Source: Pseudovirgaria hyperparasitica
Taxonomy: Eukaryota
Strand: one strand, 5' to 3'
DNA length: 64,000 nucleotides
NCBI GenBank assembly: GCA_010093815.1
Contig: ML996583.1
A model generated the notes under the pieces. It made no database searches. It was not told where the DNA came from and saw only the letters and a list, made by a program, of their open reading frames with translations. This document shows, piece by piece, positions 35,788 through 48,403 of this stretch. How positions within the stretch are numbered: the first letter of the stretch is position 1; each line of letters begins with the position of its first letter. The translations under genes were made by a program, and so were the position numbers.

Positions 35788-37288
35788 ATGACTTCACCAG
35801 ATCCTTCCCTAGTTTCGGAGCTTACTGTAAAGGTCGCAAATCAGGCAGCCCGATATGCGGACTTTTTGAAATCTGGAGAGAACGACCAAGCTCCAGTCGT
35901 TGCTAAACAGCTCTCTGAAACCCGACTCGAGCTTCTTGGTTCCACTCGAGACCTTCACAATATCGTGCAAGGACCATTTGACTATGTTCGGGACGAACTG
36001 GCTGGCGTATGTTAAGACAAAACATCAAGTTGTGCTACTTCCTATTCTGATATTCCTAGCATTGCAACCTGATCTATCTTCATGCTGTGTACAAGTTCAA
36101 TCTGCATAAAGTCGTGCCTCTCGATGGAGACATCTCCTATCAAGAACTGGCACGCATATGCAAAGTCGAAGAAGACAAGCTTCGTCGGATTATCCGCTTC
36201 GCCATTACAAGACGCTTCTTCCAGGAGAAACGTGAGGGCTATGTCAGCCACACTGCGGAATCGAAAGTTATCATAAGCAAACCAGAAATGTTCGATTACG
36301 TCGGCACAATCTGTGAAGAGATGTGGCCTTCTGCCATACAGGTACAGCAAATCTGATATCCTGTTTGTCTGCCCGCAAATTTTGACTAACTCTCGAACTT
36401 ATAGGCTGTACCCGCTATGATCAAGTGGCCTGGGTCCGAAGAGCGAAAGCATTCGGCAGGTGATGTTGTACCCCTACCTTGTAATTTTACTAACACATAT
36501 AGGGCTCTGCTCTTGCCAATGGTAGTGAGCTTGCTATGTTTGACATACTCAAAGATCACCCTGAACGGGCGGCAAGATTCTCGCGCTTCATGAACATGTT
36601 CAGCTCGGCTCCGTTCTTTCGTTTCGATTTCCTCTGTGACGCGTATGACTGGAGCAATGTGACTAAGATGGTTGATGTCGGTGGAGGACACGGTGGACAA
36701 GCTATTGCACTCGCCCAGAAATTTACATCTCTACACTGCGTCGTCCAAGATCTTGCAGTCATTGACACCGAAAACGAAGCCTCAGAGAGAATTCCTGTTG
36801 AACTCCGGAGCAGGGTCGAGTTTCAGGGCCACAACTTCTTTTCGGAACAGCCTATCAAGGATGCAGATGTCTATCACTTCCGCTGGATTTTCCACGACTG
36901 GTCAGACAAGGATTGTGTAGCGATTCTCCGGGCTCTTATTCCAGCTCTTAAACCCGGCGCGAAGGTCATCATATCCGAAGGCGTCATTCCACGGCCTGGA
37001 ACAGTATCTCGCTACGTAGAAGGGACCATGAGGTGAGTTCCCTGAGGTCCCTGATTTCCCGTGCTACACGAAAATGAGTGCCGCACAAGTTTGTCATGCC
37101 ATGCGAATGCTAACATTCATGTTAGAGTTATGGATCTTGTGATGATGGAACTAAATAACGGCAAAGAACGAGATATGATTCAATGGAAGAATCTGTTTGA
37201 GACTGCCGACGAACGCTTCAGTCTTGAGGCTGTCAAGAAAGTAGAGGGATCCAGATTGTCATACATCATATACAACTGGACTGGCTAG
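35788..37288 (+). CDS. SAM-dependent O-methyltransferase (Methyltransf_2 family), about 414 aa, 5 exons
   Basis: Dimerisation region (LRRIIRFAI..FFQE..GYVSHTAES), VDVGGGHG SAM motif, HNFFSEQPIKDADVYHFRWIFHDWSD, NGKER. Confidence 0.92.
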
Positions 37289-37999
37289 ACGAATGCCATG
37301 ATACGATTCATGGACTAATCGATTCATCGCGTGAAAGGTTGCTAGAAGAGCTTGTGTATGGGCATAGAGTGTTAACCATGAGCTGCATGATAGCTGTTTC
37401 GAACATTGTAGTACGATGGCGTTGTACACGAGGAATACAAAAAATTTCACAAAACCCACGACGAATATCCTCGAAGACTGATGCCACTAATGAAGGATAT
37501 CGAACAATGTGTCATGGTTATCAGAATATTGACGTCTGGAAATCCTGACGGTAGGCTGGAGACGCGCCAAGACCACCTAGCCGGTCGGCCCCCAAATCAA
37601 CTCCATCACAGCTGAACAAAGGCAGAAGAAGCGGTTGTCTGCCTCTATTTACATTGGGAAGACCAATTTCTAATTTGATAGCCGTTGGTTTACAGACATG
37701 TTTTCAAGCAAAGACTTAAAGTCTCGATTTGATCGAGTCTCGGCAAAAACGCTCTCCGTTGGCGCTAGACAGTACCTAAGGAGTGTCAGTGAATATAAAG
37801 TAAGTACATCTAACACGTCCGACCTGGGATGTGTATGGAGCCGAGCCTCGTTATTGGCTCATGTTAAAGACCTCATCTTCATGCTGTCGCTCCGATTTGC
37901 ACGCCCCGCTTCCGCTTTTTCCACTACTTTGAAATTTACAACCAATGTCCTGGATTTGAAGTCTAGAAAGTCAGGATTCTGCGTTTATTATCTGACATA

Positions 38000-40177
38000 T
38001 TGCAGACTAAAGATCTCGCGGCGTTCACATACAGTCCACTTACTGGGCCGAGATGCATCCGGCTATTGCACATACAGGCCGGAGGAGACACTGATGCATT
38101 AACATGTGATGTCTCTGAGGTTGACCTGGATGCTGAACCAATTTTTGAAGCTTTATCGTACACGTGGGACCAGGATCACGCGTGGGATAACGAACCAGAA
38201 CCAGAATCAGAACGAAAGAGAAAGCCTATTCTATGTAACGGCCAATCTTGTGAGGTCACCATGAACTTGTATCATGCTCTCACAGAGTTTCGACGACGGA
38301 AGATGTACTCCCCTATCTGGATTGATCAGATTTGTATAAACCAAAAAGATGACCAAGAAAAGAATCTTCAGCTCGGCCTAATGGCTGAAATCTACAGGTC
38401 GGCGGTCCGAGTTATAGTCTGGCTCGGAATTATGTCTAAGACGAGAAATTCTGCGTTGGACTTCCTATTGGCTCTGCCTCCATTACCTGAGATAGACCAG
38501 TTACGTCGATCAAAATCCGTGCCAATGGTAGCTGAAGAAACAGATATGTCAGCCCCTTCTCAGCTGCCAGCACGCCCTAAAATGAGCAAGATTAGCCGCT
38601 CGTTTGATGTGATCAATACAGTTTCCAATGTACTCAGTGAGCAATACCACTGGCTCGGAGTTCTGCGTCTGTTGCGACGAAGCTGGTTCAACCGGACGTG
38701 GACTCTGCAGGAACTACTTCTCGCGCAAGACCTGCTGATAATGATGGGAGATCGTGATATACCCCCAGCAGTTCTTGCTGACGCTTCGAAGAGAGTCGTG
38801 GACTTCTACGCGAACGATCCCCTGATGTTCTCGGAGGGAGTGGGCCGAGATATCATCGATCGCCACCGCTACATGGACAGGATTCCAGCTTTTTTCAAGG
38901 CTAAAGAAGACTTTAAGCAAGGAAAGCGGTTTACCGCTGAGGACTACCTTTCCACCATCAGAGTACGCGGTGTTACGAACCCAAGAGATAAGGTCATCGC
39001 CGGTAAGGCAATTCTGGAGCACGATGTTGTGCCGGTAGCGGATTTTGATGCCCCTACCGCCAATATATTTATCAACTTTGCACATGTCCTTTATGAAGAT
39101 ACTGGAGTCTTTTCACTTTCGTTGGTTGGCGATACAGCTCCTGCAATAGCAGGCCTCCCCTCATGGGTTCCAGATCTGGTCCGCCCGTTGAGGCCGACAC
39201 CTTTGAAATATTGTGGCTGCTCAAGTTTCGATTCTCCGATTCCTGTACAGGGCAATGACATTAGGTTCGAAGACAAGACAATACATTTACGAGGCGCGAA
39301 ATGGGATGTGGTACGGGACATCGGTGAGACCAGTTGGAGCTGGGAATATTCTCTGTGGTATTTCATTCCTTACGACAAGCCGCCTGTGCCAATGCGAACA
39401 TGCTGGACTGATAACAAGGAACGATTCGGAGATATCTTCCCAGTACTAGAGCAGATGGGACCCATCTACAAGCCTACCGGAGAGCGGACAGCCGATGCAT
39501 TCTGGAAGACGCTGATCGGCAATATCCAATCGCAAAGTGCCAACGATGATGAGGCGTGGGGAGAGAGCTTCCGATTATACCTTTCATTCTCGCTCTGGCA
39601 GATCCGTCAGCTCGCTCAGCACAAGGACAATCCCATCATCAAGCTAGTAGACGGTTCTGATAAATGGCTGCCAAGCATAGTGACCGATGCGATCGAGGCG
39701 CTGGAGCACCGTCTCGCGCTCTACATGGCTCTAGACGAAGTCCAACACGACGAGACAAACACACCAAGGACATCGCTGCGCCAAACAATCCTCGACTTCG
39801 CACGCCGGATCTTCGGTACCGAGAATCTCAGCGAACTCAGCGCGTGGAAGGGCTACAAGGCCGAGACGAGCTCTGCCCTGCACGACAAAGGCCTGTATGA
39901 ACAAGTCCAGCTCTTCGGCAATGCCTTCACCCAGGTCTACGACGGACGAAGGATTCTGGTCTCGGAGAAGGGGTACATGGGCATCGCGCCAGAGTCCGTC
40001 AAGGTGGGAGATGTCATCTTCCTGGTTGCTGGGGCTGGGACGCCGTATGTCTTCAGACCCGTCAAAGACGTCGAGAACACATACACCCTGGTCGGCGAGG
40101 CCTATCTCCACGGCCTAACTCCCGACATCGTGTCTGCAGAGGGCGAGTGGAAAGTAGAAAGCATTACAGTGATATAA
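38000..40177 (+). CDS. HET-domain (HET-6-like) heterokaryon incompatibility protein; start uncertain
   Basis: IRLLHI, FEALSYTW, IWIDQICINQ..EKNLQLGLMAEIY..AVRVIVWLG, WFNRTWTLQE, LPSWVPD, C-terminal GYMGIAP..GD..PYVFRP..LVGEAYLHG. Confidence 0.88.
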   Translation: MQTKDLAAFTYSPLTGPRCIRLLHIQAGGDTDALTCDVSEVDLDAEPIFEALSYTWDQDHAWDNEPEPESERKRKPILCNGQSCEVTMNLYHALTEFRRRKMYSPIWIDQICINQKDDQEKNLQLGLMAEIYRSAVRVIVWLGIMSKTRNSALDFLLALPPLPEIDQLRRSKSVPMVAEETDMSAPSQLPARPKMSKISRSFDVINTVSNVLSEQYHWLGVLRLLRRSWFNRTWTLQELLLAQDLLIMMGDRDIPPAVLADASKRVVDFYANDPLMFSEGVGRDIIDRHRYMDRIPAFFKAKEDFKQGKRFTAEDYLSTIRVRGVTNPRDKVIAGKAILEHDVVPVADFDAPTANIFINFAHVLYEDTGVFSLSLVGDTAPAIAGLPSWVPDLVRPLRPTPLKYCGCSSFDSPIPVQGNDIRFEDKTIHLRGAKWDVVRDIGETSWSWEYSLWYFIPYDKPPVPMRTCWTDNKERFGDIFPVLEQMGPIYKPTGERTADAFWKTLIGNIQSQSANDDEAWGESFRLYLSFSLWQIRQLAQHKDNPIIKLVDGSDKWLPSIVTDAIEALEHRLALYMALDEVQHDETNTPRTSLRQTILDFARRIFGTENLSELSAWKGYKAETSSALHDKGLYEQVQLFGNAFTQVYDGRRILVSEKGYMGIAPESVKVGDVIFLVAGAGTPYVFRPVKDVENTYTLVGEAYLHGLTPDIVSAEGEWKVESITVI

Positions 40178-41244
40178 AGCACGTAGCAAAAACCCAAGCA
40201 TACTGCCTCTCCCATCCCCCACTCCAATGTGTCCCTCTGCCATTCTCCCCAATCATCGCCCCTAGTGCCTCTGGTGCGCCCAGCAATCAAAAGAAAAACC
40301 CTTTAAATTACAACGACCCAGCATCGCCAGCGCGCCGCACAACAAGGCGAGAACCCAGTCCCAATAATATGTCTACCAAAAGATTTGAAGGAAAACCCAC
40401 CGAGCCACGTAAAAGTGCACCGCTCCAGCTCTTCCTTCACGGCCATTGGCCAAACCGAGTTCGAAAACGGCAATTCCACCTCGCCATCGTCGAACTTCGC
40501 GTGTAAATCCCCGGTGTACTATTTCTTTGGCGTCGCGCACACGACACGTCAAGAGCCAGGCACACCCCTGATGCTTTCCGCACACGACGGGCTGGTAGCC
40601 TAAGGTTGCGGAAATGTCGCCTAGTGATAGAGTGGCGAGGTGGGCGAAAAGTAAGAGAAAAAGGCTTAATGGTATGGTCGGGAGGGTTGGATTGATGGTT
40701 TTGGGACATGTCGTCTGGTCGGCCGAGGCATAGAGGAAGCGTGAAAGGAAGGCTACTGGGTTTTGTGGTAGACTACGAAGCGCCGAAACCAACGTTTGGT
40801 TTGTGGGTCAAGGGAGGTAGTGTTTTCCGAGGGGAGTTTGCTTGCAAAGATGGGAGTTTATCTGGTTGGGGCTGGCACGCGGCGTAGATTTAGGGCCCAG
40901 TGTTTGTTGTGCCTCGTGATTTTGTGGGTGTATATACTCGTGGGTTTTGGCTTAGATCAAGGGACGCTTGGGCGAATGATTTGTTAGTAGGTGTGCGCTG
41001 AAGGCTCTTAGTAGAGGGCCGAGTCCCGACTCGTGAGCCCTACTTTTTCGACTGTCTGCATGCGGAATGAGTTGGTTTTTGTGAGGACTTCATGGTCACG
41101 CACTGAGCAGAGACGGCACTTTCAATAATGATGTCCAGCCTCGTGGGCCACTGCTAGACTGCATAGATAGACTCACATCGGAAGCTGCTGTAAGGTATCA
41201 GATGCAGCGAAACCATTGTTATCATCGCTCCACCCCAAGCGGAG

Positions 41245-42562
41245 TCATTGCTCTCCCGACGCAACAGCATACGGCCCATAGCCCGGTCGCGGAAATTTCG
41301 GACTGCCATCGTCATTCCAGTCAAACTTCTGCGCCCGCACCGTCCTCGCTTGCCACCCGTTCGTCGGGTTCCTCATGCCGTGATACACGATCCAACTCTC
41401 GCTCCCGTCCGGACTCGTCGTGAAGCTGGCGTGCCCGACACCGTACGCCTTCTCCAACGCGTTCTGGTAGAAGACGCAGCCGGCCGTGTGCTTCTTCCAG
41501 TCGTTGACATTCATGGGGTCTTCGCCGACGAGCTCGAGCTGGCCGAGACAGTAGTTGCGGTTGTCAGAGCGTGCAGCAGAGTAGATGACGAACATCTGGC
41601 CCGTCTGCGGGTTGACAAGCTGTTCGGGGCCTTCGTTGGAAGAGAGGCGGTCGTTCTCTTGCCGGCCGTAGGGCGTCTTCTCCCAGGGCTCTGACGGTGT
41701 GCTGAGGACGACACGCTCGGTGAAATTTGTTTCAACGGTCCAGGGGTTGGAGACTATGTGTGCCGATTAGAATCTTAAGACTCGTGTGGTGCTGTTGGGG
41801 GAGGTCTTACGTTTCTGGATGCAGAGATTGGCGGGCCACGCAGAGTAGGACTGGTACCAACAGCTGTAGATATGATACAGACCCGTGTCATGCTTGAAGT
41901 ATGTTCCGTCGATGGCGAACTGGTCGTATGTGTTGAGCTCGGCCTTCATACTGTAGTCTGAGTTCCACGCATCAGAGCCTGAGCTCTCGAGGACAAACAT
42001 ACGGTGCAGCACGGCAGGGCAGTTCCAGTAGCAGTACATTTCGATCTCAGGCGGTGGATTCTGATGCTTTCAGTCACTCTGTACTTGCAATTTAAGTGTA
42101 TGATACTTACGTCGCCCCTTGGATCGGCTGTGAAGATGACATACCACTTGTCGTCGAGTTGGTGCAGCTCTGGAGCCCATAGGCTTTTGGAGTAGTTCTG
42201 GCCTTCCTCGGGCGTGAAGATGGTCTTATTTTCCGCCTGTCGCCAATCTCTGTCAAAATTGTCAGAAAATACACTGCGCTTCAAATTTCATTGATTGACA
42301 GAGCTCACGTGAGGATACGGCTTCGATGGAGTACGATGTTGTCATTCGTGGAGAAGATCATGTAATACCAGTCATCATATCGGATCACCCATCTGGAAGA
42401 AGTCAGACCTATCTTTCTATTAAGGAGCTATACTTACGGATCTGCAGCCTCCCTATCAAGTATAGGGTTCATGTAGGTTGCATTGTTGCCCATTGGTGGC
42501 GTCTGAGTCACAGCCATAGCTGCCAGGCTAGCAAACGTCGCAATAAGAGCGCAGAACAACAT
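41245..42562 (-). CDS. Secreted glycoside hydrolase family 43 (arabinofuranosidase-like), multi-exon
   Basis: Signal peptide; NPILDREAADP, WAPELH, AIDGTYF, NEGP, YGVGHASFTTSPDGSESWIVYH motifs. Confidence 0.88.
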
Positions 42563-43632
42563 CTCGATACGTTGATTGAAGCCTCGACCGTGATGCAGAA
42601 GAGCGGAGAGAGCGTGGGCATGGTTTTTTAAAGAAGCTGCAGCGGGATCTGCGGGGACGATAGGTAAACAAAAGATACGATAGGTTAGACTGAGATGCAC
42701 GTTGGTCCGGTGAACAGCCCTGCCTGTGAAGTACCTGATCAGCCGTCAGACGTTGCATTAGTATCGACACGGCGATGAGGTTGGACTCCGCACTCGCATT
42801 ACAATCGAGATCCAATAGAAGCAATTATGTCAATGTCGTACAAGGTAGTGCCAACGGGCAGCTGACGGCTTAAGGTCCGTGTGTATCTATTTCCCCGCCT
42901 CATATCCAATATTCCGGGGTGCTGCGGGCAAATCTCATCTGTGTGTTGCGACCCTTGCGTCTACTGCTCAACACTCAAGCATCACGCACTGGTGCTCGGA
43001 TGGCTCCCATCATCACCACTTCGTGGCAACTGGGGCACATCATTCCCGCTTACCATAGCGTATAGGTATCTACGCTTGGTGAAAATAGACCTACTTGTCA
43101 GCACTCACGCTTCATAGGAACCTCATCAGAATAAAAACGACCAAAAGCTATTGCGCATTATAAATATCCTCAAGAAGGGGCTGTTAGTACTGGGCAAAGA
43201 TGCCGTGCTGTTGTACATCATGGTTCCGTAAGCACAGAGGAAAGTGATTTCATAACGGTGTAATGCTGAAACGTGTCCGGTACGCTGAGTGGCACGGTGA
43301 CTAATATGTTTTGCCATTCGAGCTTAGTGCATATACGAATAATGGCATAAATGTAATGGGGTCGAGGGTAAGTTTGTTGAGGCGAGTCGGATACGCCGAG
43401 TATATACGTGCGCGTCGACAAGCAGTTTAGGTAGAGACGGTGAACTTGAGATGACTTGGTATCGAAGCGTGGAGCTTAAGCATTCCGTATGGACTATACG
43501 TGATATTCATCTTCTGATATACGCTGCCAAATGATGCGCCTGGCTTCCCGGCAGAAGCCGTCTCGTACTGCTAGCATTCCCGCTCCGTTTTCGTGCACCC
43601 GTACCAAACACAAGCAAAGAAAGGAGACCCGT

Positions 43633-44454
43633 TCAAAATACAAGTGCGGCACCCTTAGTTTTCTTGTCACCACTGCGGAATTTATTAGCATGCGTCCAGG
43701 AGAACAGGACCTGCAAGCCAAGCTGAACAGGCCGAGGAAATTCACATACCCTAGCTCGAAGTGCTTGCAACGTTTGAGCGCCAGTTGAGCCTTGGTTTTG
43801 CATACAGTGCATTCCAATCTTAAGACGACCTTCTTCGTAGTCTTTGCTTTCTTGTGGAATACGGGTTTGGTCTGACCACCATAACCAGACTGCTTGCGAT
43901 CATAACGACGCTTTCCCTGGGCGAACAGTGAAGCCTGAATTTTTCGTCAGAATATGTCCGACTGTTGGGCTCTGGATTCATTTTCAGACGAACCTTGCCG
44001 GCCTTGTACTGGGTCACTCTGTGTTGGGTATGCTTTTTACAGCCTTTGCCCTTGCAATAGGTGCGGCGGGTCTTGGGAATATTGACCTGAACACCAGATA
44101 ATCAGTCAACCGCCCTAAATGCACCTATTGCACTCTATGTCCTCTACAAGTATCAACGTTGGGTGAATTTCTCGAGTGGTTCGGTAGTGATCCCGCGGTA
44201 TCGAAAACGGTCGTGATGAGATATGGAGGCGGTCAAGTCGCAATAAGGTATGGAGTATTAGACTATGTAAACTTGCGTATATAGCGACAAATGCCGATAA
44301 GAGAGGGCGTCGTGGGAAGTAATATCCGTTCGGATTATCGCATGTACCGATTTCCAGTTCACGACGGCGGCCGAATTCATCAAGTGTCGGGCTCAAAGTT
44401 ATTTCCATCTCTTGCAGGACAATTGGAACGCAGATAAGTGTATGAACTTACCAT
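43633..44454 (-). CDS. RPL42: 60S ribosomal protein eL42 (L42/L44), 4 exons
   Basis: ATG alone in exon 1; [66 protein letters not shown]...[21 protein letters not shown]. Confidence 0.96.
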
Positions 44455-44870
44455 CTTGACGGTCTTGAATGGTTGTCGTTTAGGTGTAGATATCGAGGCG
44501 AAGTTGTGGTGCTCCTGCACGATACTGAAAATCCAAGTGTGAATGTGGCCTGTGCTCTCGCTAAGACGGCCCGCTATCACGTGATAGTACCTCCGATATA
44601 TTCATTCAGTCTTCCATTAAACGCTTTCTTCCATCCCTTTCAATGCGCCAATGTCTCAAAACGATTCAAAATACAGTTGCACTGACGATACTAAGATCAA
44701 ATTCTATTAGGTCTAGTTCTCGTAAGTCCCTAGCCGACCAGTGCAACGTCAACGGCTTAATCAAGATACACGCGAAAATAATTGAACGAACTACAACACG
44801 TATGAAGGTGGACTCCTCCTACATCTTGTGGCTTTTGCTAGGCAGCTCTGCAATCTATCAGGCACATATT

Positions 44871-45685
44871 CTACAAGCCGACCACCGCGATGGTTCCCAT
44901 CAAAGCCCCAACCGCAGTCAGTCCAGCCCTTGTGTAATTATAGTATCTCCAATTACAGACCAACTTACGTAGATTCTCTTCTTCACCAAACTTAGAATCT
45001 ACGGCCTTGGCATGTAGATCCTCGGTCGTATTCGCCATGAAGAACATGGTGAAAGGCACGAATGCCGGTATAAAGACCGCAGCTCCTGTATAGAGCTCGA
45101 ACGCATACGAACTATGACGCAGAGGGTGTTTCCCGGCTGTACAGCCGTAATTAGCAAGTGCAATGCCAAGGACTATTTGACGAGAAAAGGCATCAAATGT
45201 CTCATGCGCAACGTGTGCTTCATTGGAGCAGACAGAAAAGCTGATAAGACTTCGATGAGATCGACAACCCACTCACCGTCAGTAGCAAGATATGAAAACG
45301 CCAGCGCCGAGGCCAGAGTAACCGACAGCGCTATCCGTCTTCCAAGGTCGTGCAGTTCGTTCCATTGCCGTGCAAGAATTGGCGCGGGCGATAGATGTAG
45401 TGGTGGGATGGCTGCATAGCTAATTGTGCTGAAGCCGCCTGTTTGGTGCATTAGCTTGGGTAGGTCAACACATGACAGCCAGAAGGAGATTCTGTCGATC
45501 CATTTGATCGCATGATGTTCACCAGCCTTGGGACTGAGATGGCTAGCAGATGCGGCTAAGTGATGGCTCGCCGGATTTGATAAGAACTGATATGTGTAAG
45601 ACAGCGACATACCGGTAATGAAGGCGGATGTTGTGATGCCTACGACTTGGGCAATTCGGAGAGATGCTGGGAGTTGTGACGTCAT
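44871..45685 (-). CDS. DUF1772 / anthrone oxygenase-like membrane protein, 3 exons
   Basis: AQVVGITTSAFITG, ILARQW..L...G, FVPFTMFFMANT, LVCNWRYYNYTRA pattern. Confidence 0.7.
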
Positions 45686-46241
45686 ATCGTTCTTCGCTGG
45701 CGGTAAACAGGCCTGAGGGGTTTTCCGAGGCTTCTTTCCGGTAACGTCGGAAGTGGAGCGTCGCTTTATGAGTCGAAGCAACAATCTTGCTGGAGAAGAG
45801 GTAATTCAAGATTTGTCACAGGGTTAGAACGAGATGGAGTAGCAGTGCAAGGCCAACGCAGGTCTGGGAAAATAAGATACGATTGAGAGCTGTTTATAAT
45901 GATCCGAAGGCGCAGCGCAGGATGAGGGATGAGTGAACATGCGACACCTAAACCAAACACGCGCAAGCCAAGGTCCAACATTCCGCCCTGCCCATTCATT
46001 GATAGGCAACTACTAGGAACTACGACGTGGGATGCCGGATAACGCGTATGCTATACCAAGGCCGAAACGCTGACAACACATAATCCGACCTAAGACACCG
46101 CCCAAGCCACTACCTATCGGACCCCTAGATGTGGTATCTCTGCTGCAAAAGAAAACACAAGCGCCAAGCCCCTATTTGAAAATGCGGCAATCGATGCGCT
46201 ATGCGCTCTTGAATAGGTACACCAAGAAGGCGAACGTGATA

Positions 46242-48403
46242 TTAATAAATCGGTCTTCCCTCGTCCCAGCTCTTCATCTCCATCTCCGATCTGTCTTGAC
46301 CCACACCAGCTGGGCTACTGCTAGCAATGCCTCCCAAGCTGTATTTTGAGCTCTGACGGCGGCCACTACTCGGAACACTGTCCAATGCGCCAACTGCACC
46401 AATCCACTCCCATACCCTGCTAACGTCTCCACTTCGCCCTTCGCGGACCATTGGTCGTACGTTGGAATTCTGCTCGACTTTCTTCTGCACCCTCTCCCAC
46501 AGCTTTTGCCGTCTACTGGCGGAGAACTCGTTGCGCAAGATATCGTCTCGCAGCTGGCCCATGCTGATCCAGTTCTCAGGAAAGGAGGTGCTATCATGAG
46601 CATGAAGCGCGGCCTGCTGAGCAAGACGGTCTAGAGCGTATGTTGCTAGATGTTTCGCTGTTGCTTCAGTTTTGCGACCCGACGTAATCTTGAGGTAGCC
46701 ATAGCCCCCTGTCATCCCGAAAAGTGCTAGTCCAACAAGCTGCCAAATATATCTTGCCAACGCGACTCGGAGGGATCGTCTGAGGGCGCATGATAGTCCG
46801 ATTTTCGCGGTGCTCTTGGAGGCGACAAGGCGGCTGGTATCGGTCGCTCTGTAGAAGTAACGACGAATCTGATTAGTTTCGTGTCGTGTCAGAAAGGAGG
46901 CGATTATGGAATGTGAAGGGCGACTTACTGGTTGACTGTACTGGTGATCTCATCTCTGCCTAAGATCTCTCCAATGGCTCCGCGCCAAAGATCTTCGAAC
47001 TCCGCATCTGACATTCCCTTTCTCTTCTTTTCGGAGACAGTTTGCTTCAGTTCGACCTCTGGAATCGCCGGTGATTCGATCTTCTTTCCCTGATCATCCT
47101 TTAGCTCTCCGCACTCATATTTGGCGTTACGCTCGCGCAGTTCCTCTACAGCTCGATCAGCGACCTGCTTGATCTTGCGGGTTTTCTCGCCATCTGGCTC
47201 GCAAGTCGGAGGAAATGGTACTATGCCAAACAATGATAGTGGATGCTCTTTCAGAATGAAATCAGTTTCGCAGGTCGTTTGCAGGTTTTCAGAACAGTAG
47301 GCATGTTGCGGACACGGCTCGCACTGGGGTCTGATGGGATCTGCCCATTCTGGAATTTCTACACCAGCGAGCTCTTGTGAGTGGTGGCCAATGCCACAAT
47401 AACCAACAGTCAACTTCTCCTGTCTCCACAATGCCGCTATGCCAACAGCCAAGGCTGTCAAGACAGACAGGAATGCAGGCTTAACAGCTGCAGGTCGTCT
47501 GGTCACTTGCTGTCGTCTCGCTGGCACGAGTCCTGTATTTCCTGCCAACGCGCGATCCTGCTCGAGCTCCAGCTGGGCATCAGGCGCGAACTCCTCTCCA
47601 GCTTCAGGCTCATCCGAATCTTCCTCTTCCTCTTTAGGGATAATTTGCGATACCGGGACTATAGATCTGCGCGATGAGCGCGATATTTGTTTGTCCTCAT
47701 CGTGTGCTGACAAAGGGACATCGGTCCGACGTCTGCTTGCTCCGCTTCTGCGCTTCTCATGCGCTTCTGGTGGATCTAATGTCTTGCGGCGAAAGTCGCG
47801 CTTAGGCTTTGCGTCTGGCATAAGGGGAGAACTTCCGCTCTGAAAGGGGTTGTCGGTTGTGAAAGGACTTTCCTCATCGTTGTTTTGGTGCGACTCCGAT
47901 TCAGAATCTTCTTCACTCTTGATGGTAGTAGCAGGGGTTGCGCTCATTCTTGTGCGACGCCGATTCAATTTATCCTCGACTTGTAGACTAGACTGTCTTG
48001 ACTGTTTACTTGCGACACTTCTTGCTGGCGTTCTCCGCCCTGGAAGCTCTATAGGCCCAGCCTCTTCACTGGGAGCCGCACGACTCCTTCGGGATGTTCT
48101 TGTTGTTGTGACAGGAGTGATATCGCGCTCAAAGTCTTCTTCCTCGTCTATTACAGATGCGTTACTTGATGGTACATCTTGTATGCCCCTCGTCGATCGC
48201 TTAGTTCTCGATCGCGCGGAGAGAATTCTCTTCGCCTGTGGTGACACATGCTCATTAAATAGGTCAATAAGCTGCGGCTTCTTTGATGATGATGGATAGT
48301 TGACATCGTGCGATAGGAGAATATTGCGCAGCCGGGGTACTGTCACAGAAGCGGGATCAAAGCCCGGCTGCAGGTAATCAAAATCTGGATCTGGAGTAGT
48401 CAT
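46242..48403 (-). CDS. SRC1: Inner nuclear membrane protein Src1/Heh1 (HeH/LEM + MSC domain), 2 exons
   Basis: DYLQPGFDPASVTVPRLRNILLSHDVNYPSSSKKPQLIDLF HeH domain; GYCG, CEPCPQHAYC, two TM helices, LWERVQKKVEQNSNVR...VWEWIG. Confidence 0.9.

Noticed and set aside
44087..44451. Possible snoRNA in the long first intron of RPL42
   Set aside because: A box C-like TGATGA is present but I found no properly placed box D or terminal stem; needs an Infernal/snoscan search
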